Origin: Felis catus
Taxonomy: Eukaryota
Length of the DNA: 64,000 nt
Direction: 5' to 3'
Assembly: GCF_018350175.1 (NCBI RefSeq)
Contig: NC_058368.1
Span: 74,402,001 to 74,466,000, forward strand
Positions 50,720 to 63,963 of the stretch are shown here, in pieces (positions within the stretch are counted from its first letter, which is position 1; every line of letters starts with the position of its first letter). The notes beneath the pieces were generated by a model. The model made no database searches. It was not told where the DNA came from and worked only from the letters and a program-made list of their open reading frames with translations. The position numbers and the translations under genes were made by a program.

Positions 50720-52000
50720 TAATGCACAAAGGCATTTTGAAAATAAAGACCAGCCATTGAAAAAAATAAGAGTAAATTAAAAAAAAAAAAAAAGGAAAAT
50801 GACTGGAAGATAAGGTTGAGGAAACAATACAGAAAGGGTAATAAAAAGGCCAAAGGAATGAAATAAGAAAGAAATGATTAGATTTTTAAAGAATCAATCC
50901 ACTAGACTCGAAAATCCAAATTGGAGTTCCACAAAAAGAATAGAGAAAATTGAGGTGAAGAAATTATTGAAGCAATAAGTCTAGGAAATTTCTCCAAATT
51001 GAAGAACATGAGATATCTGACTGCCAGGGTCACCTAGTTCCCAGTCAATTAATGAAAATAGATCTGTAACAAGGCACATCGTTCCGGATTTCAGTGCACT
51101 GGGAACAAAGACTATCCCAACAGACTTGTATAGGATGTATTAACATAACTAAATATCAATATCTCAAAGCAAAACTAGAAAATTAAGATAGGAGGGAAGT
51201 AATACCTTCAAAAAAATAGTTCTTACTTAAAAAAAAAGTTTTTCCCACCACTGATTCTGTGCTCAGTTATTTAAGAATGAGCCTGAAATAAAGAAAATTC
51301 CATATACACACTTCTTAATTTTTACCTTTTTTCTCAAAATGGTCTTTTTCCACCAAAAAAAAACCCCAAAAAGGCCCGGAAAGACAGGAGAACCGTTTGG
51401 CAGAGGATTTTATATAGGACACAGAAGAAAATATCCATGGGTCTGAATCCTTCAGAGGAGGTTAATATCTCTGGTGGAGTACTCGGAAACGCATTAATGA
51501 AAAGTGCATAAAAGTTAAACCAATTTAAAAAATAGATTGTTTTTAACTCCAGGGAAAACCAAGTGATGCAAGGGATATGTCACGCAGAATAATCCAGTCT
51601 CACCTGAGATGGTGCCTACCTGGCCATGATTATCTAAACAGCCACTGAATATTTTGGGGCCCAAATTATGAGAGCTAGTTTGAATGGTGGGGAAGAGAAT
51701 GCGTGTTATTCACTTTGTGGATGAGACTATGTAATAGACCCAAATTCTCATTTTTCCATAATTTGCAATCAATGGATCGTACTGAAACCCGAAAATTCAA
51801 GAACTCATGGCACACGAATAATGCTAAGAGATAGGGAGTTAGGTGCCTGACACAATTAGAAAATTATAAAATTCTTCATAGTGATTGCTTCTGTGTATTG
51901 ATACAAGCTGGGAGGAGAGGGCAGAAACTCTCTTTTCCATAATCATGTAAAATAATTTGACTTTCGACGCTCTAGGTTTATATACTTGCTTAAAAAAATT
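50720..52000 (+). mobile_element. HAL1 / ancient L1 ORF1-like remnant
   Basis: ggaagataaggttgaggaa, ggagttccacaaaaagaatagagaaaa, gaaatttctccaaattgaagaacatgag, caaggcacatcgtt. Confidence 0.6.
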
Positions 52001-52633
52001 ACCTCAGTAAATAAATGAATGAATTAAAAGGAAAATTAAAGGAAAGTTATAGCATTTTTAAGGAAAAGTTGGCGAAATATTTGAGTCCATAAATATACAC
52101 ACAAAAAAAGATAGCAAAGACTATAATTAAGAGACATGAGGGTAAAATAATCTCAACACCCAAAAATTAAAACAGTCTAGATATTTAGAAACATTGTTCG
52201 AGACATTGTATGTGGACCTTGTAAAAAAATACACTCCCTCAAATCTTCTATGAAAAATACTGTTAACTTTATTTGAAAATGTGGGGAAACAGTTGAAAAT
52301 TCAGGAGTACTCTCCTTGAATTTAAAGTGTTAAAGGTCAAAAAGTACTCTGATCACAATTGGGATCCTATTCTGTCATCGCTGCAGAGAAATCATACGCA
52401 TTTCACACAAACACTAGGAACTGGAAATATTAACAATGGCTTTCTGTAACTGGAAGAATAACAGATACTTCTTGTTTTATTGATATCATTCTACATTTTA
52501 CCCACTCTAATGTATTTATTGATGATATTCTAAATCGTGGCAAAACTAAAGCGATTTCTCTTAAATAATCTGTTTTTGTGTTGCATTGATGTCAACTACC
52601 TAATTAAAGATAAGCTTCGGAACAGCTTATATT

Positions 52634-52777
52634 GGGGCACCTGGGTAGCTCAGTCAGTTAAACATCTGACTCTTGATCTCAGCTTAGGTCTTGATCTCAG
52701 GGTCATGAGTTCAAGCCCTGTGTTGGGCTCCACGCTGAGTGTGAGGTCTACTTTAAAATAATTAAAATAAAATAAAA
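52634..52777 (+). mobile_element. Short older CAN-SINE lacking the CT tract
   Basis: TSD gaac(a/c)gcttatatt. Confidence 0.9.
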
Positions 52778-53934
52778 TGAACCGCTTATATTTCTTTTTC
52801 TTAAACTAAAGAAAAACCACTTTAATGTAAAAGAAAGATCTTGATTAAATGAACAAAAAGGAGCAAAATTACATCTTCAGTGCATGCCTGTAAGGAAGAG
52901 AACTGTGAGTTTTACCTAAAGGGACCATTTAAAATATAGTTGACATCAAAATGCCATTGTATTAACTTCATTCACTGTTTCTTACTGATTTGAAAGATCT
53001 TTTTAGTTTTTCATTCGGTTCCCTAACAGAGATTGTATGTGAATATTCATAATTTCTACAGTCAATGGCCATAAAAATTATGACATTGCTGTGCGTGAGG
53101 GAGAAGTATGAGCTATTTACTGGTTTGTCGCTTCTTACTTCTACATTCATTTCCTTAATATCAGATTGTTTGATCCATTGAAATTACCTTCCGTAGATGC
53201 GATTTCTATTACCTAACATAATGCAACCATTGCAGAATGTCATTTCATATGATAAAGTTATGAGTAGGTTACCGAAATAAATATACATGCACTTATGAAG
53301 AACATAAATAATGGAGTTTCCAATGCAAATTTGGATGCTAGTGGTGGCATCCTCAGACATTTTTATCTTCAGCCTCCTTTTTTATTGTGTCTTAGAAGGT
53401 AAATAGATCAGAAAATGTTTGGCATCACCATAGATGTCAGTCTTAAAATATCTAAACCTAGGCGTTGTGACATCAAACAAATACTAAAATTGGACCATTT
53501 TTCAAATATGTGTTACTGTTTTCTTCTCATCTAGCCATTTGATTTGATCCTTTGACAGTAGCCAATTACCCACTACATACAAGGCATTGAACTAAGAACT
53601 GAATGGGTATACATAGATCAAGGAGGCCCAGTTGGCAGCTTGCAATAGCTCAGGGTCTACTAGCTGACACAGATGAATACAAAATAATTATAATGCAAAA
53701 AAAAAAAAAAACCCAAAAAGTCTAGGTTACATGTGGTAAAGAAGTACAAAATAGGAGGCAGCAGAAAGAAATCAATCCATGCTAGAGGATCCGGGTAATC
53801 TGTGGGGGTTTGACTGGGGCTGAAGTCCTTCAAAATTTGGATTTGCTCAGTCAAGATGGAGGGTGAATAATCAAAGCCATGGCTACTTTGGGAAGTAAAG
53901 ATGAAGTCTTCTTTGGACAGTGGTAAGAAAATAA

Positions 53935-54040
53935 CTCATCCAGTGCGGTGGTTACCAGCCATATGTGGCTACTTAGTACTTGAAATGAAACTTGGGTAAT
54001 GTGTGAAATGATACTCTTTTGGATGTAATAAACTAAATAT
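53935..54040 (-). mobile_element. MER33/MER3-like hAT-Charlie fragment
   Basis: tccagtgcggtggttaccagccatatgtggctacttagtacttgaaatg. Confidence 0.65.
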
Positions 54041-54069
54041 GAGATAGACATTTACAAGTACATATATCT

Positions 54070-54215
54070 GGGTTCTGGCTCTCTACTGAAGAGAGCTGTA
54101 GACTTGGATGGATCATTTAAGCTTTATCAATTTGATGTATTGCTTCTGTAAAATGGAGATGACAGCCCAAACTTTAAGTGGTTAAACGAGTAAGAGATAG
54201 GGTATGTAAAATATC
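54070..54215 (+). mobile_element. MIR fragment
   Basis: gctgtagacttgga...ttctgtaaaatggagatgacag. Confidence 0.6.
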
Positions 54216-54762
54216 AACCAATGATGGGACCAAGGAAAATAATGAGTATGTAGATGCCACTATGGTGATTCTAAAGCTGAGGGAATTTTGAAGCTCTCAC
54301 GGGTTAAGTGAGTCGCCCAAGGCGAACGCTAGTGAAAGTTGGAGAAAGGAGACCCTATTAGGCGTCATCGAAGGACTCCACGTAGAACATTTCAGGAAGA
54401 TCACTCCCTGACTTCTCAGAGTGTGCAGTGGTTTCTGACTCCCATTCCCGTGGTTTAACCTCTCGTTCTGAATTGCTGTGTGCACCACCTTGCTGCTGGA
54501 TTTTCCTAGGACGGTGATTCTCCGTGTTACACTGGTTTCCAACTTGGGTCAGGCTGGAGCATGAGGCACGGCAGCCCTGGGCTCAATTCCCTCACATCCA
54601 AGACGTCCGGTGACAATTATATTTTCCACGGGGTAAAGGAAGGAAAGAAAATATTACCCATTGCCACCATGAACAATATATGTAAAGCTATAGGAGTTCT
54701 CATGCAAAAGATTTATGGAAACCCACTTCTAATCTCCATTTTTAAAAAAGCAGGTATTTTAA

Positions 54763-54896
54763 GAGGCAGCTGGGTGGCTCAGTCGGTTGAGCGTCCCACT
54801 CTTGATTTCAGCTCAGGTCGTGATCTCATGTTTCATGAGTTCGAGCCCCACATTGGGTACCATACTAACAGTTCAGAGCCTGGAGTCTGTTCTCAT

Positions 54897-54927
<31 letters not shown>

Positions 54928-54997
54928 GCCCTTCTCGTGCACTGTCTCTCTCTATCTCAAAAATAAATAAACATTAAAAATAAAAAAAAAATTAAAA
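54763..54997 (+). mobile_element. CAN-SINE
   Basis: Degenerate TSD agcag(g/a)tatttt. Confidence 0.95.
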
Positions 54998-56414
54998 GAG
55001 CAGATATTTTATGAACTACTGGTAGTATTCATATCTCACATCAAACAAGCCTCAATTCAATGTATCAAAATGTGTGTATATGTATGTAAATTAAAAAACA
55101 CTGTGTTTTTCAATTAAAATTGTAAATTTTTGGAAATAATGTGTTATAACCGTGGAGGTGATAGAGGGAAGTTCCGTAATCATGTAGACCATTAGGTTCC
55201 TTGTCCAATTTTCCTTCATAATATTTCTTTTTTTCTGCAATAGAGGTTTTAGTAGCAGTGGATGTCTTATTTGGAATCAAAGTCTGCTATCTATACCAAA
55301 GGTCTTTGCCTGATGTCTATTTCTAGACAGTTTCTGTTGTCCAATAGAGTTTAATCACACATTTCCCCAAACCAAATATGGATATTCTAAGATGTTTTTT
55401 CAGTAAACAGTGTATTCTTTGCTTCATGGGTTCTCATGCTTCTTTAAAATTAACCTTTAAGCCCCTATAGTGAGAGAGACATGTTGAGCTGTAAAGAGCC
55501 CAGGAATATTGAATGGAAGTGATAATGTGCTCTTCATCCCATCCATGCGGGTGAACTATAAGAGGCCCAAATCTCTCCCATCTAAAATGCTCACAAGTCT
55601 AGGCTCGGGGGTTCCTTCTAGCCCTGCACATGCATTGCCTGTCTCCTAACCAGCAGGTAAACTGAGTTACACTGAGCAAACTGTCAAAGGGGGACCCGAT
55701 GCTTCCGTTTCTTCCCCCCCCCCCCCCGGAGCCCGTGTGCATCATTTCAGAAATGTGGCTCTGGATGTCATGATTGAGGGAGAGCTGCTGTGTGCTGTTT
55801 ACTGGAGATTTGAACGCTGGCTAATAAACTCTTCTGGGCTGACAACGCCGCTTTCATTTGCCCCGTGGTGAGCGCAGAGAAAATGTCAAAGTGCCTGGAG
55901 CAAGCAGGTAGCAAGTGGATACCCGAGTTTAATTTCCATTGGCAAGCCCCACGCTGCAGCCCTGCTGTGAATACCAATAACACGGATTAGAGCACAACAG
56001 CCAGCAAAGCAAAGCTCACCCCAGAGGTGAAAGAAAGGTGAGTTGGGAAAATATGGACTTTGAAGATATTCAAATAGCTTCAGTGTATCGTTTCCACATT
56101 GTGAGGCTGTAATCACTTGCAAACTCCAAGAAAACGATGGGTCTGCTCACGGGTCACCTTTGTCCCTCTCAGACAAGATTGACGGGAACGTATAGTAAAT
56201 GTATTCAAAAGTGGTATGATTTCAGAAAACCTTCCAAGTACCTGCCTCACCTACTGCGCATGGTCAGTGCATCCAGGAGAGGGATGGTGTTGGATGCTGC
56301 GGGTGCCGGTGACTCAGGGGCTGCTCGGCGGGCCCGGGGGGGGGAAGGGTGGTCCTGATGCTGGACAGTTCAGGCGGTGGGTGAAGGGTCAAGAAAACGT
56401 CCTCTCAGGTCGCT

Positions 56415-56688
56415 TCTTCCTCTAGTTCGTGGCTGTCAGACCCTTGAATGTGATTCCAAATTGGAAGAAGCGCCTTGGATTTCAAAGTGCAAGAACTCGC
56501 AGGTAAAATATTAAATAATTTTGTATTGACTGCATATTGCACGGATGCTACTTTAGCTATATTGGGTTAAATAAAATGTATCATTAGCATTGATTTTGCT
56601 TATTTCGTTTTACTTACTCACTATAGCTACTGGAGCATTTAAAATGACATTTTTTGGCTTGCAATATTTCTGCTGCACCGCAGTGCTC
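56415..56688 (-). mobile_element. MER33 (hAT-Charlie) relic
   Basis: tatattgggttaaataaaatgtatcatta...gctactggagcatttaaaatgaca...atatttctgctgcaccgcagtgct. Confidence 0.7.
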
Positions 56689-56873
56689 CCGCGTGAGGTC
56701 TGGGGGCTATGGAAGCGTCCCGGCTGACAACAGAAGTCATTCTTTTCCTTCCAATGGCCCTCACCCTCTTTATAGTACTGCTTTATAAACAAAACTAGCT
56801 GCAAGCAGGTAAGGACAGCCAGAACAAGGAAAAGTGTCTTACTTCCCTGGGAAAGAGATTTAGAAGAGTAACA

Positions 56874-57102
56874 TTTTTTTAGTGTTTATTTTTGGGAGGG
56901 AGAGAGAGAGACAGAGAGAGAGAGAGAACAAGTGGGATAGGGACAGAGAGAGGGAGAGAGAGAATCCCAAGCAGGCTCTGCACCATTAGCACAGAGCCTG
57001 AGGTAGGGCTGGAACCCACCAACCACAAGATCATGACTTGAGCTGAAAACCATGAGTTGGCCACTGAACCAACTGAGCATCCCCCCCACCCCCGGGCACC
57101 CC
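56874..57102 (-). mobile_element. CAN-SINE
   Basis: Full body; C-expanded head. Confidence 0.9.
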
Positions 57103-57160
57103 TGGAAGGTTGAGGAAGGAGGGTTGCGGCAGGAAGGCTGGCCTCAGTTGTCTGAGGATC

Positions 57161-57174
57161 CCACCAGAGGGCAG
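57161..57174 (+). promoter_or_regulatory. CTCF core motif CCACCAGAGGGCAG
   Basis: Exact match to CCASYAGRKGGCRS in non-SINE sequence. Confidence 0.5.
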
Positions 57175-57699
57175 CGGAACCCCTGCAGGCTGAGTGTCCA
57201 GGGCAAGGCGGAATGCACACAGACATCTAAGACAGCTGAGTTACTCTCACTGTCCATGACTGTGGCCAACACACCTCCCCGGTAAGGAAGATGGAGAGAA
57301 ATGGCCCAGCGCCATAGGACGTTTGCACATAAATCTAAAAGTGAGCTTGTAATTATTTTGCTTAGATACGCATCATGTCTGGTCAGCAGCAGTGTTCTGT
57401 GATTAACATCTTCATATCAGATTCACTTTGGAGAAGAGACATACGGGTTTACAGAGACTAATGACAAGAGTCTGGAAATCAGGTCGGATCTTGCTTTTGC
57501 CCACTGAGCTGTGCATGAGCTTTTACAGGGGAAGACATGTTTGATAGCCCACTTCCTGACTTTTGGACCCGTGAGACCCTGGCCTTGCCGGAGCCCCCTT
57601 CTATTTCTGTGTTCCTGTACTTTATCTACCTCCAAAAATCAGTGCAAGGGAGCATTGACTTGTAGAGAGGACACCAAACTAGAAGGCCAGCTGAATTAA

Positions 57700-58310
57700 T
57701 ACTTCTCTTAACAGTCACACCCTCCTCTTTCGACATCCTTTCTCCACGGTGCTGCCGGAATTGTCATTGTTTCTATCTTTCCCCCGCTCAGAAGCAATTA
57801 AGGTCCTTCTGTCAGATTCCCACAGCAGAGCATGAAATGCTTTCATTAGCAGTTAGCCTTCCCCTAGTTCACCAAACTCAGTCCTGTTACTTCACCAATA
57901 ACCCTATTTGGTGGCCCACCGTATTTCCGAAAATGTTTAGCTCTATCACGTACCTGTGTCTCTGCAAATGATGCCCTGTTTTTCTTCTATGAATTTCTTC
58001 ATTCCTCACTACATTTGACCAGGCTAACTCCTATCAGCTGAGATGCACACCCTTCCAGGAAACCCTGTCTGACCTCCACGGCCAGTCACCCCAGGCTTGG
58101 TTAGATAGATATCCATGTTTGTTTCCCCAGCCTCATGTATGTGTTGTCTTTGTACAATGGACCACCATGTTAGATAAGTCTTACATGTCCGTGTATCCTA
58201 AATAACCCCCAGATCTTAGAGGTAAGACTTTTGTTCAATATTGCATTTTTATTACCTAGCACCAAGCCCTATATATAGTAACTGCTCAGTAAAAGATTAC
58301 TAACAAGAAG
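57700..58310 (+). mobile_element. L2 3' region
   Basis: ccttccaggaaaccctgtctgacc...acctagcacc...tagtaactgctcagtaaaagatt. Confidence 0.65.
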
Positions 58311-58330
58311 AAATTTAAAAGAATGTGCTT

Positions 58331-58524
58331 GGGGCACCAGGGGGGCTAAGTCAATTAAGCTTTCGGCTTCAGGTCAGGACATGATCTCATGGTTTGTTAG
58401 TTCAAGCCCCGCATGGGGATCTCCGCTGTCAGCACAGAGCTCCCTTTGGATCCTCTGTCCCCCTTTCTCTCAGCCCCTCCCCCACTCACACTGTCTCTGT
58501 CTCAAAAATAAACATTAAAAAAAA
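58331..58524 (+). mobile_element. CAN-SINE
   Basis: Flanking aatgtgct on both sides. Confidence 0.9.
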
Positions 58525-58621
58525 TGTGCTCTTCTCAGTAGGTAAACTCTAGTCAGTCATTTGAATCAAAGCAAATGGCATATGCATTTGTTGAAGACTT
58601 ACCGATTCGAAGCATGTTATT

Positions 58622-58838
58622 ATTATTTTTTTTTATTTTTTAAAGTTTATTTATTTACTTTGAAAGAGAGAAAGGGAGCTGGGCAGGGGCAGAGAGTGGG
58701 AGAGAGAGAAAATGCCAAGCAGGCTCCACACTGCCAGTGTGGAGCCCAAGGCAGGGCTCGAACTCACGAACTGCAAGATCATGACCGGATCTGAAACCCA
58801 GAGTTGGCCGCTTAACCGACTGAGCCACCCAGTCGCCT
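58622..58838 (-). mobile_element. CAN-SINE
   Basis: TSD gaagcatgttatt. Confidence 0.95.
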
Positions 58839-60009
58839 TGAAGCATGTTATTTTAATTGCTAAACGTTGTTCTTAACAAAAATGGTAATTCTTGTTTTCT
58901 GTCAAAAAGGACTATAAATGAAATGGTTATCTCAGAATGACACATATATGTAGAGAACTAAATGTACAAGTGGACCCTGACATCCAAAACAATCATAAAA
59001 TAGCTCTGTGTGTAGGAATACATGAATCACACTGTGTCAGCCCTTAAATGGCACCGCATTGGCAGAGAAATGTCATGAAATACACATTGTATAATAAATG
59101 AAAAAAAAAAAAACAACTATGAACTCAAGTTTAGGTCTCTGATTTTAGTTCTTCACAAATCTACTTAACTTCTGCTTCTAATTTACTTTAGCTCATTTCT
59201 TTCTTCAGTTTCCATTTGAGCTACCCTTCTCCCAATATAGATCCATATGGTGCTGTCTCCAAGAAAGCCTTGATAGCTCAGAAGAGCCAAGTGGCTTCCC
59301 TCCCAGACTCTGTAGTCCACTTAATACCTTGTGCATACCCACCAGATGCTTACTCTTAGCTTTAAGAGGGTTGCTGAGAGGCAAATTCGTCAACCACTGC
59401 CTTATGTAACAACTGGCCATCTGTCCCGCCATTGCTCTGAGAGGCTAGAGATTCAGTTTCCAGAAATTTCACATTCACAACATGCACATTCAATAAAAGT
59501 TTCAAAGATGTTTAGATTAACTGCATTCTGCCAAGTGATATTTACTGAAGACGTTTTGAGACTTAGTGATCAATTCACAATATAAAGCACAAAAATGGTT
59601 CTGTCATTCATGCATGCATACAGCCAAATCTGTATTAATGAATTTCTAGTAGGTACAGTGCCCAACGTGTGTTTATGTACACGGACAGAAAATCAGCGTA
59701 CCTATGGCTGCTATCGGGTATGTGGCTTAATAGAGAAGGTTTTTTGTGTAAAATTCATTACTTTCCCACTGGTATATATGGATTTTTTTAAAAAAATTAC
59801 AAGATGTGGCTTTAGACCTATTGTGAAAGATGCGGTGTGCATTACATTTGGAAACATTAAAATAGAAACCAACTCTAGAAAGTAAATCACTCTTAACAAT
59901 GCATAATAATTCTTCTAACCAGGAATCTGAGATGCAGATGATTTGAAACAACTAAGATGGTGAAATCTGGCATATCCTGAATTTACCCTATATTGGACGC
60001 GTCTGTTAC

Positions 60010-60150
60010 GTAACCCCCAAATATGAGATAAGTGTTGTTTTGTTCATTCCACAAGCGAGAAAACAAGTGCATAGATGGCAAATCACTTGACCCCAGTCAC
60101 AAACTTATCAGGGGAGTAGAAGACTCAGTTAGAACACCCATTTCCAGAAC
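60010..60150 (-). mobile_element. MIR fragment
   Basis: cattccacaagcgagaaaacaagtgcataga...cacttgaccccagtcaca. Confidence 0.55.
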
Positions 60151-60174
60151 TAATTTCAAACTTCTTCCTTTTTT

Positions 60175-62360
60175 TCTGTTAAGTAGCTGTATTTAGGTTT
60201 AACTGATATCCAAGGAACTACAAATATTTAAGGTATAACACGTGATGTTTTGGTAGAAATAATCCCTTGTAGAAACATCACAATGGTAAAAGCTATGAGC
60301 ATGTGGATTCCTCACGCAATTTGTCATGTAGTTTGTAAACGAGCATTCCTATCCTCTACGAAGGAGGGTCTTATCCCTCCTTTTCCAGACAACCACTGAT
60401 TTGCATTCAGTCACTATACACAAGTTTTTATTACCCAGAATTTCACATAGATGACAGCAAACCTCAGTTATCTTACTTGTCCAACACTGGCATCATTATT
60501 CTGAAATTCATCCATGTTGCAGTGCGCTCCAATAGTTTCTTATTTATTTATTTTTTATTTCTGGGTAGCATTTATTTCTGGGTATCATACAGATCTACAA
60601 CAATATGTTTATCTCTTCACCCTGCTGATGGACATTTGGGTGACTTATAGATTTTGAATGTCACAAATAAAACTTTGATGTCTTTGTAGGGGCATACACT
60701 TATTTTCTTTTCTGAATTAAATAGGGATGAAGTGAATGTAATGATAGGTGTCTGTTTGACTTCTTAAAGTGTTTTCCAAAGTGATTGTACCATTTTATAT
60801 TCACATCACCTCCACAGCTCAGTAATACTTGGCATGGTCAATTTTTAAAATTTAACCATTATAGTAGATACTTATTTGTATCTCGTTCTGGATATAATTT
60901 ATATTTCCCTACTATCCCTGGATATAATTTATATTTCCCTACTATCTAATAAGCATATTTCCCTACTATCTAATAAGCATCTTTCCATGTGCTTATTTTC
61001 CATCTTTATAATTTTGTGAAATGTCTATTTAAACTTTTGCTCACTTTTTCTTTCCTGTTTCATATTACTGAGTTTTGAAAATTCTTTATATAATCTGGGA
61101 ACAAGTCATTTATCAAATATGAGATTTGCAGCCTATGAGAGTGGCCAAATTTTTATATGTTATGTTATTTTCATTCAGTTCCAACTCATTTTTAATTGCT
61201 CCTTAGTATTTTCCTTATTATCTCATGGGTTATTTAGAAGTGTGCCTTTTAATTACCAAGTATTGGGGGGATTTTCTAGAATTCTGTCTGTAATTTATTT
61301 ATAATATAATTCCACTGTGGTTAGAAACATGCTCTGTATCATTTGGATTCTTTTATCATTTGGCCTATCTTGGTCAACATTTCATGTGCAATAAGAAAAT
61401 ATGTGTATTATCTACTTCTGTTTGATGGATTGTTCTAAAATGTCACTTTGGTCAAATTGCTTGATAATCTCATTAAAATCTTCTACATCCTGACTGATTT
61501 TAGTTGTTCTATGAAATATGTAAAAGAGACATTGAAATATTCAACTGTAATTATGGATTTGTTCTTTCTTTCTTGAAGTTCCATCAATTTATACTTCATG
61601 CATTTTGAAATCTGTGCATGAGTATTTTGAAGTATAAAGTTTTAGAACTTTCTTTAGATTGTTACCTTTACATTATGAAATGACTCACTTTACCATGATG
61701 ATATTCTTTGCTCTCAAATCTACTTTGTGTAATGTTAATATATCCACTTCAGTTATCTTTTGGTTAGTGTTTGCGTTGCATGTATTTTTTTAATTTCTGC
61801 CTACTTTATTGCTGTATTTGCCGTCATATGAAAAATGATTTATTCATAGGCAGCATATAATTGGGTCATGATTTGTTTTCAATCTAACAATCTCTTTGTT
61901 TTATTAATAGTATTTAGGCCATTTACATGTAATGTGATTATCAATAAGCTTAGGTTTAGGACTACCATTTTTACTTATTTTCCACTTATCTACTCTTTTT
62001 TTCTTCTTTTATTCTACTGCCTTCTTTTTGATTAATTAAATGTTTCTTATGATTTTATTTTATTCCTTTCTTTAGGTTTTAACTATAACTCTGTTTTGTT
62101 GTTTCAGTGGCTGCTATTTAGGGTTTATAGTACACACTTTTAACTTGTCACACCTTACTTTCCAGTGATTTTATAACCACTTTATATCTTAAAATAACCT
62201 TGTTATCAAATATATCTCTTTTCCTCGACTTTGTGCTATTAAAGTCATACCTTTAATTTTGTACATCATAAACTCTACATTACATTGCAATTATTTTTAT
62301 TAAAATCGTCAATTATCTTGTTAAGAGATTTAAATAATAAAAAAAATCTTAAATATTTAC
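60175..62360 (-). mobile_element. Old L1M (3'UTR plus ORF2-derived pieces)
   Basis: cagacaaccactgattt, gatggacatttggg, gttttccaaagtgattgtaccattttatatt, gggttatttagaagtgtg, ggcagcatataattgggtc. Confidence 0.8.
60888..60978. repeat. Nested short tandem duplications (30 bp and 24 bp periods)
   Basis: ctggatataatttatatttccctactatc x2, then atatttccctactatctaataagc x2. Confidence 0.9.
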
Positions 62361-62690
62361 CCAAGTGGCGATTTCCTAGGTCCAGGATGAGGGTGATTCA
62401 CCCAAGAGTCATTTGCACAAGGAACAAGATTTAGCAGGGACGCCAAAGAGAATTAGGAAGACAGGTAATATTTAATGAAATAAAATATTTAATGTTAAAT
62501 TAAAGAAAAATATTCTTGATAAACACAATATCAACAGTTTAAATAAAATCAAAATATGACTCTGTACATTCATGACCCAAGACTCACACATGCAGTGTGG
62601 AGGCACACAGAGCAACCCAATCTCACATTTGTGTTTCCTTCAAAGAATCCTTTCTTGGTGGTGAGAGAAAGTGATAGGTTGTATACTGTT

Positions 62691-62945
62691 TAATTTTTTT
62701 AATTAAAAATTATTTTATTTTATATTAAAAAATTTTAATGTTAATTTATTTTTGAGAGAGACAGAGACAGAGACTGAGCATGAGTGGGGAACGGGCAGAG
62801 AGAGCTGGAGACACAGAATCCTAAGCAGGCTCCAGGCTTTGAGCTGTCAGCACAGAGCCCGATGCAGGGCTCAAACTTACAAACTGTGAGATCATGACCC
62901 GAGCCTAAGTCCAGCACTTCACTGACTGAGCCACCCAGGCACCCC
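62691..62945 (-). mobile_element. CAN-SINE
   Basis: Full body ending ccaggcacccc. Confidence 0.95.
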
Positions 62946-62947
62946 AT

Positions 62948-62961
62948 TAAAAATTTTTATT

Positions 62962-63006
<45 letters not shown>

Positions 63007-63173
63007 ACAAGCAAGGAAGAGCATAGAGAAAGAGGGAGACACAGAGTCTGAAGCAGGCTCGAGGCTCTGAGCTGTCAGCACAGTGCCTGACTCAGGGCTC
63101 AAACCCATGAATTCCAAGATCATGACCTTAGCTGAAGTCTGATGCTTAACCAGCTGAGCCATCCAGGTGCCCC
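62948..63173 (-). mobile_element. CAN-SINE with (GA)n
   Basis: Full body ending ccaggtgcccc. Confidence 0.95.
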
Positions 63174-63689
63174 GGTTGTGTATGTTGTTTATAGAGGTTA
63201 TCCACAGTACTTATTGGTAAGAGAGAGAGTTTTTATTTTATTACAAATACATATTTATGTGAGTTAAAATATAGGAGAATGTTGCTAAGTAATTTAAAAC
63301 TGATTTATTAATATATTTGGCTTTTCATAAATAAAACTTGATTTAATAACAAACATTTCCTGAAAAAACATTTTAGTCATGAAAATAAAATTATCAAGAG
63401 TATGTACACTCACTGACCTAAAAGGGTAATAAATATCTCCCTTCCATTCACTTCTTTATATTTAAACAAATATTTTTCACTAATGTTTTTTTCATTAATT
63501 ATGCCTGGAAACTCTATGTATAATTTTCAACTATTTTTAACTACCATTTTTAGTGATTTCATAAAAGTTTTCTATGTACCTATGTGTTATGTATTATAAC
63601 TTGTATGAAATAACTTAATATGTTAATATATTGATTGTATAGTATGCTTACTGTAATTTAATGTGCATTAATTGAAATAGATATGCTTT

Positions 63690-63897
63690 GAGGTGCCTGG
63701 GTGGCTCAGTTTGTTAAGTGTCAGACTTTTACTCAGGTCATGATTTCAGGGCTCATGGGTTCCAGCCCCGCATGGGGCTCTTTGCTGACAGTAGAGCCTG
63801 GAGCCTGCTTTGTATTCTGTCTCTGTCTCTCTCTGCCCCCCATTGCTCATGCTCTCTCTCTCTCTCTCTCAAATATAAACATTAAAAAAAATAAAAT
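63690..63897 (+). mobile_element. CAN-SINE
   Basis: Degenerate TSD aatagata(t/c)g. Confidence 0.95.
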
Positions 63898-63963
63898 AGA
63901 ATAGATACGTTTTAAATCTGTACTAAAATTAGTCTATAAGTATAGCATTTAAAAAGCCAAGTA

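Noticed and set aside
54561..54977. 138-aa plus-strand ORF
   Set aside because: The C-terminal half is a SINE read-through
1642..63904. Recurring ORFs containing WVAQSV..PTSAQVMIS..SSSP.SGS...QSLEPA or their antisense equivalents
   Set aside because: Translations of CAN-SINE sequence, not a gene family
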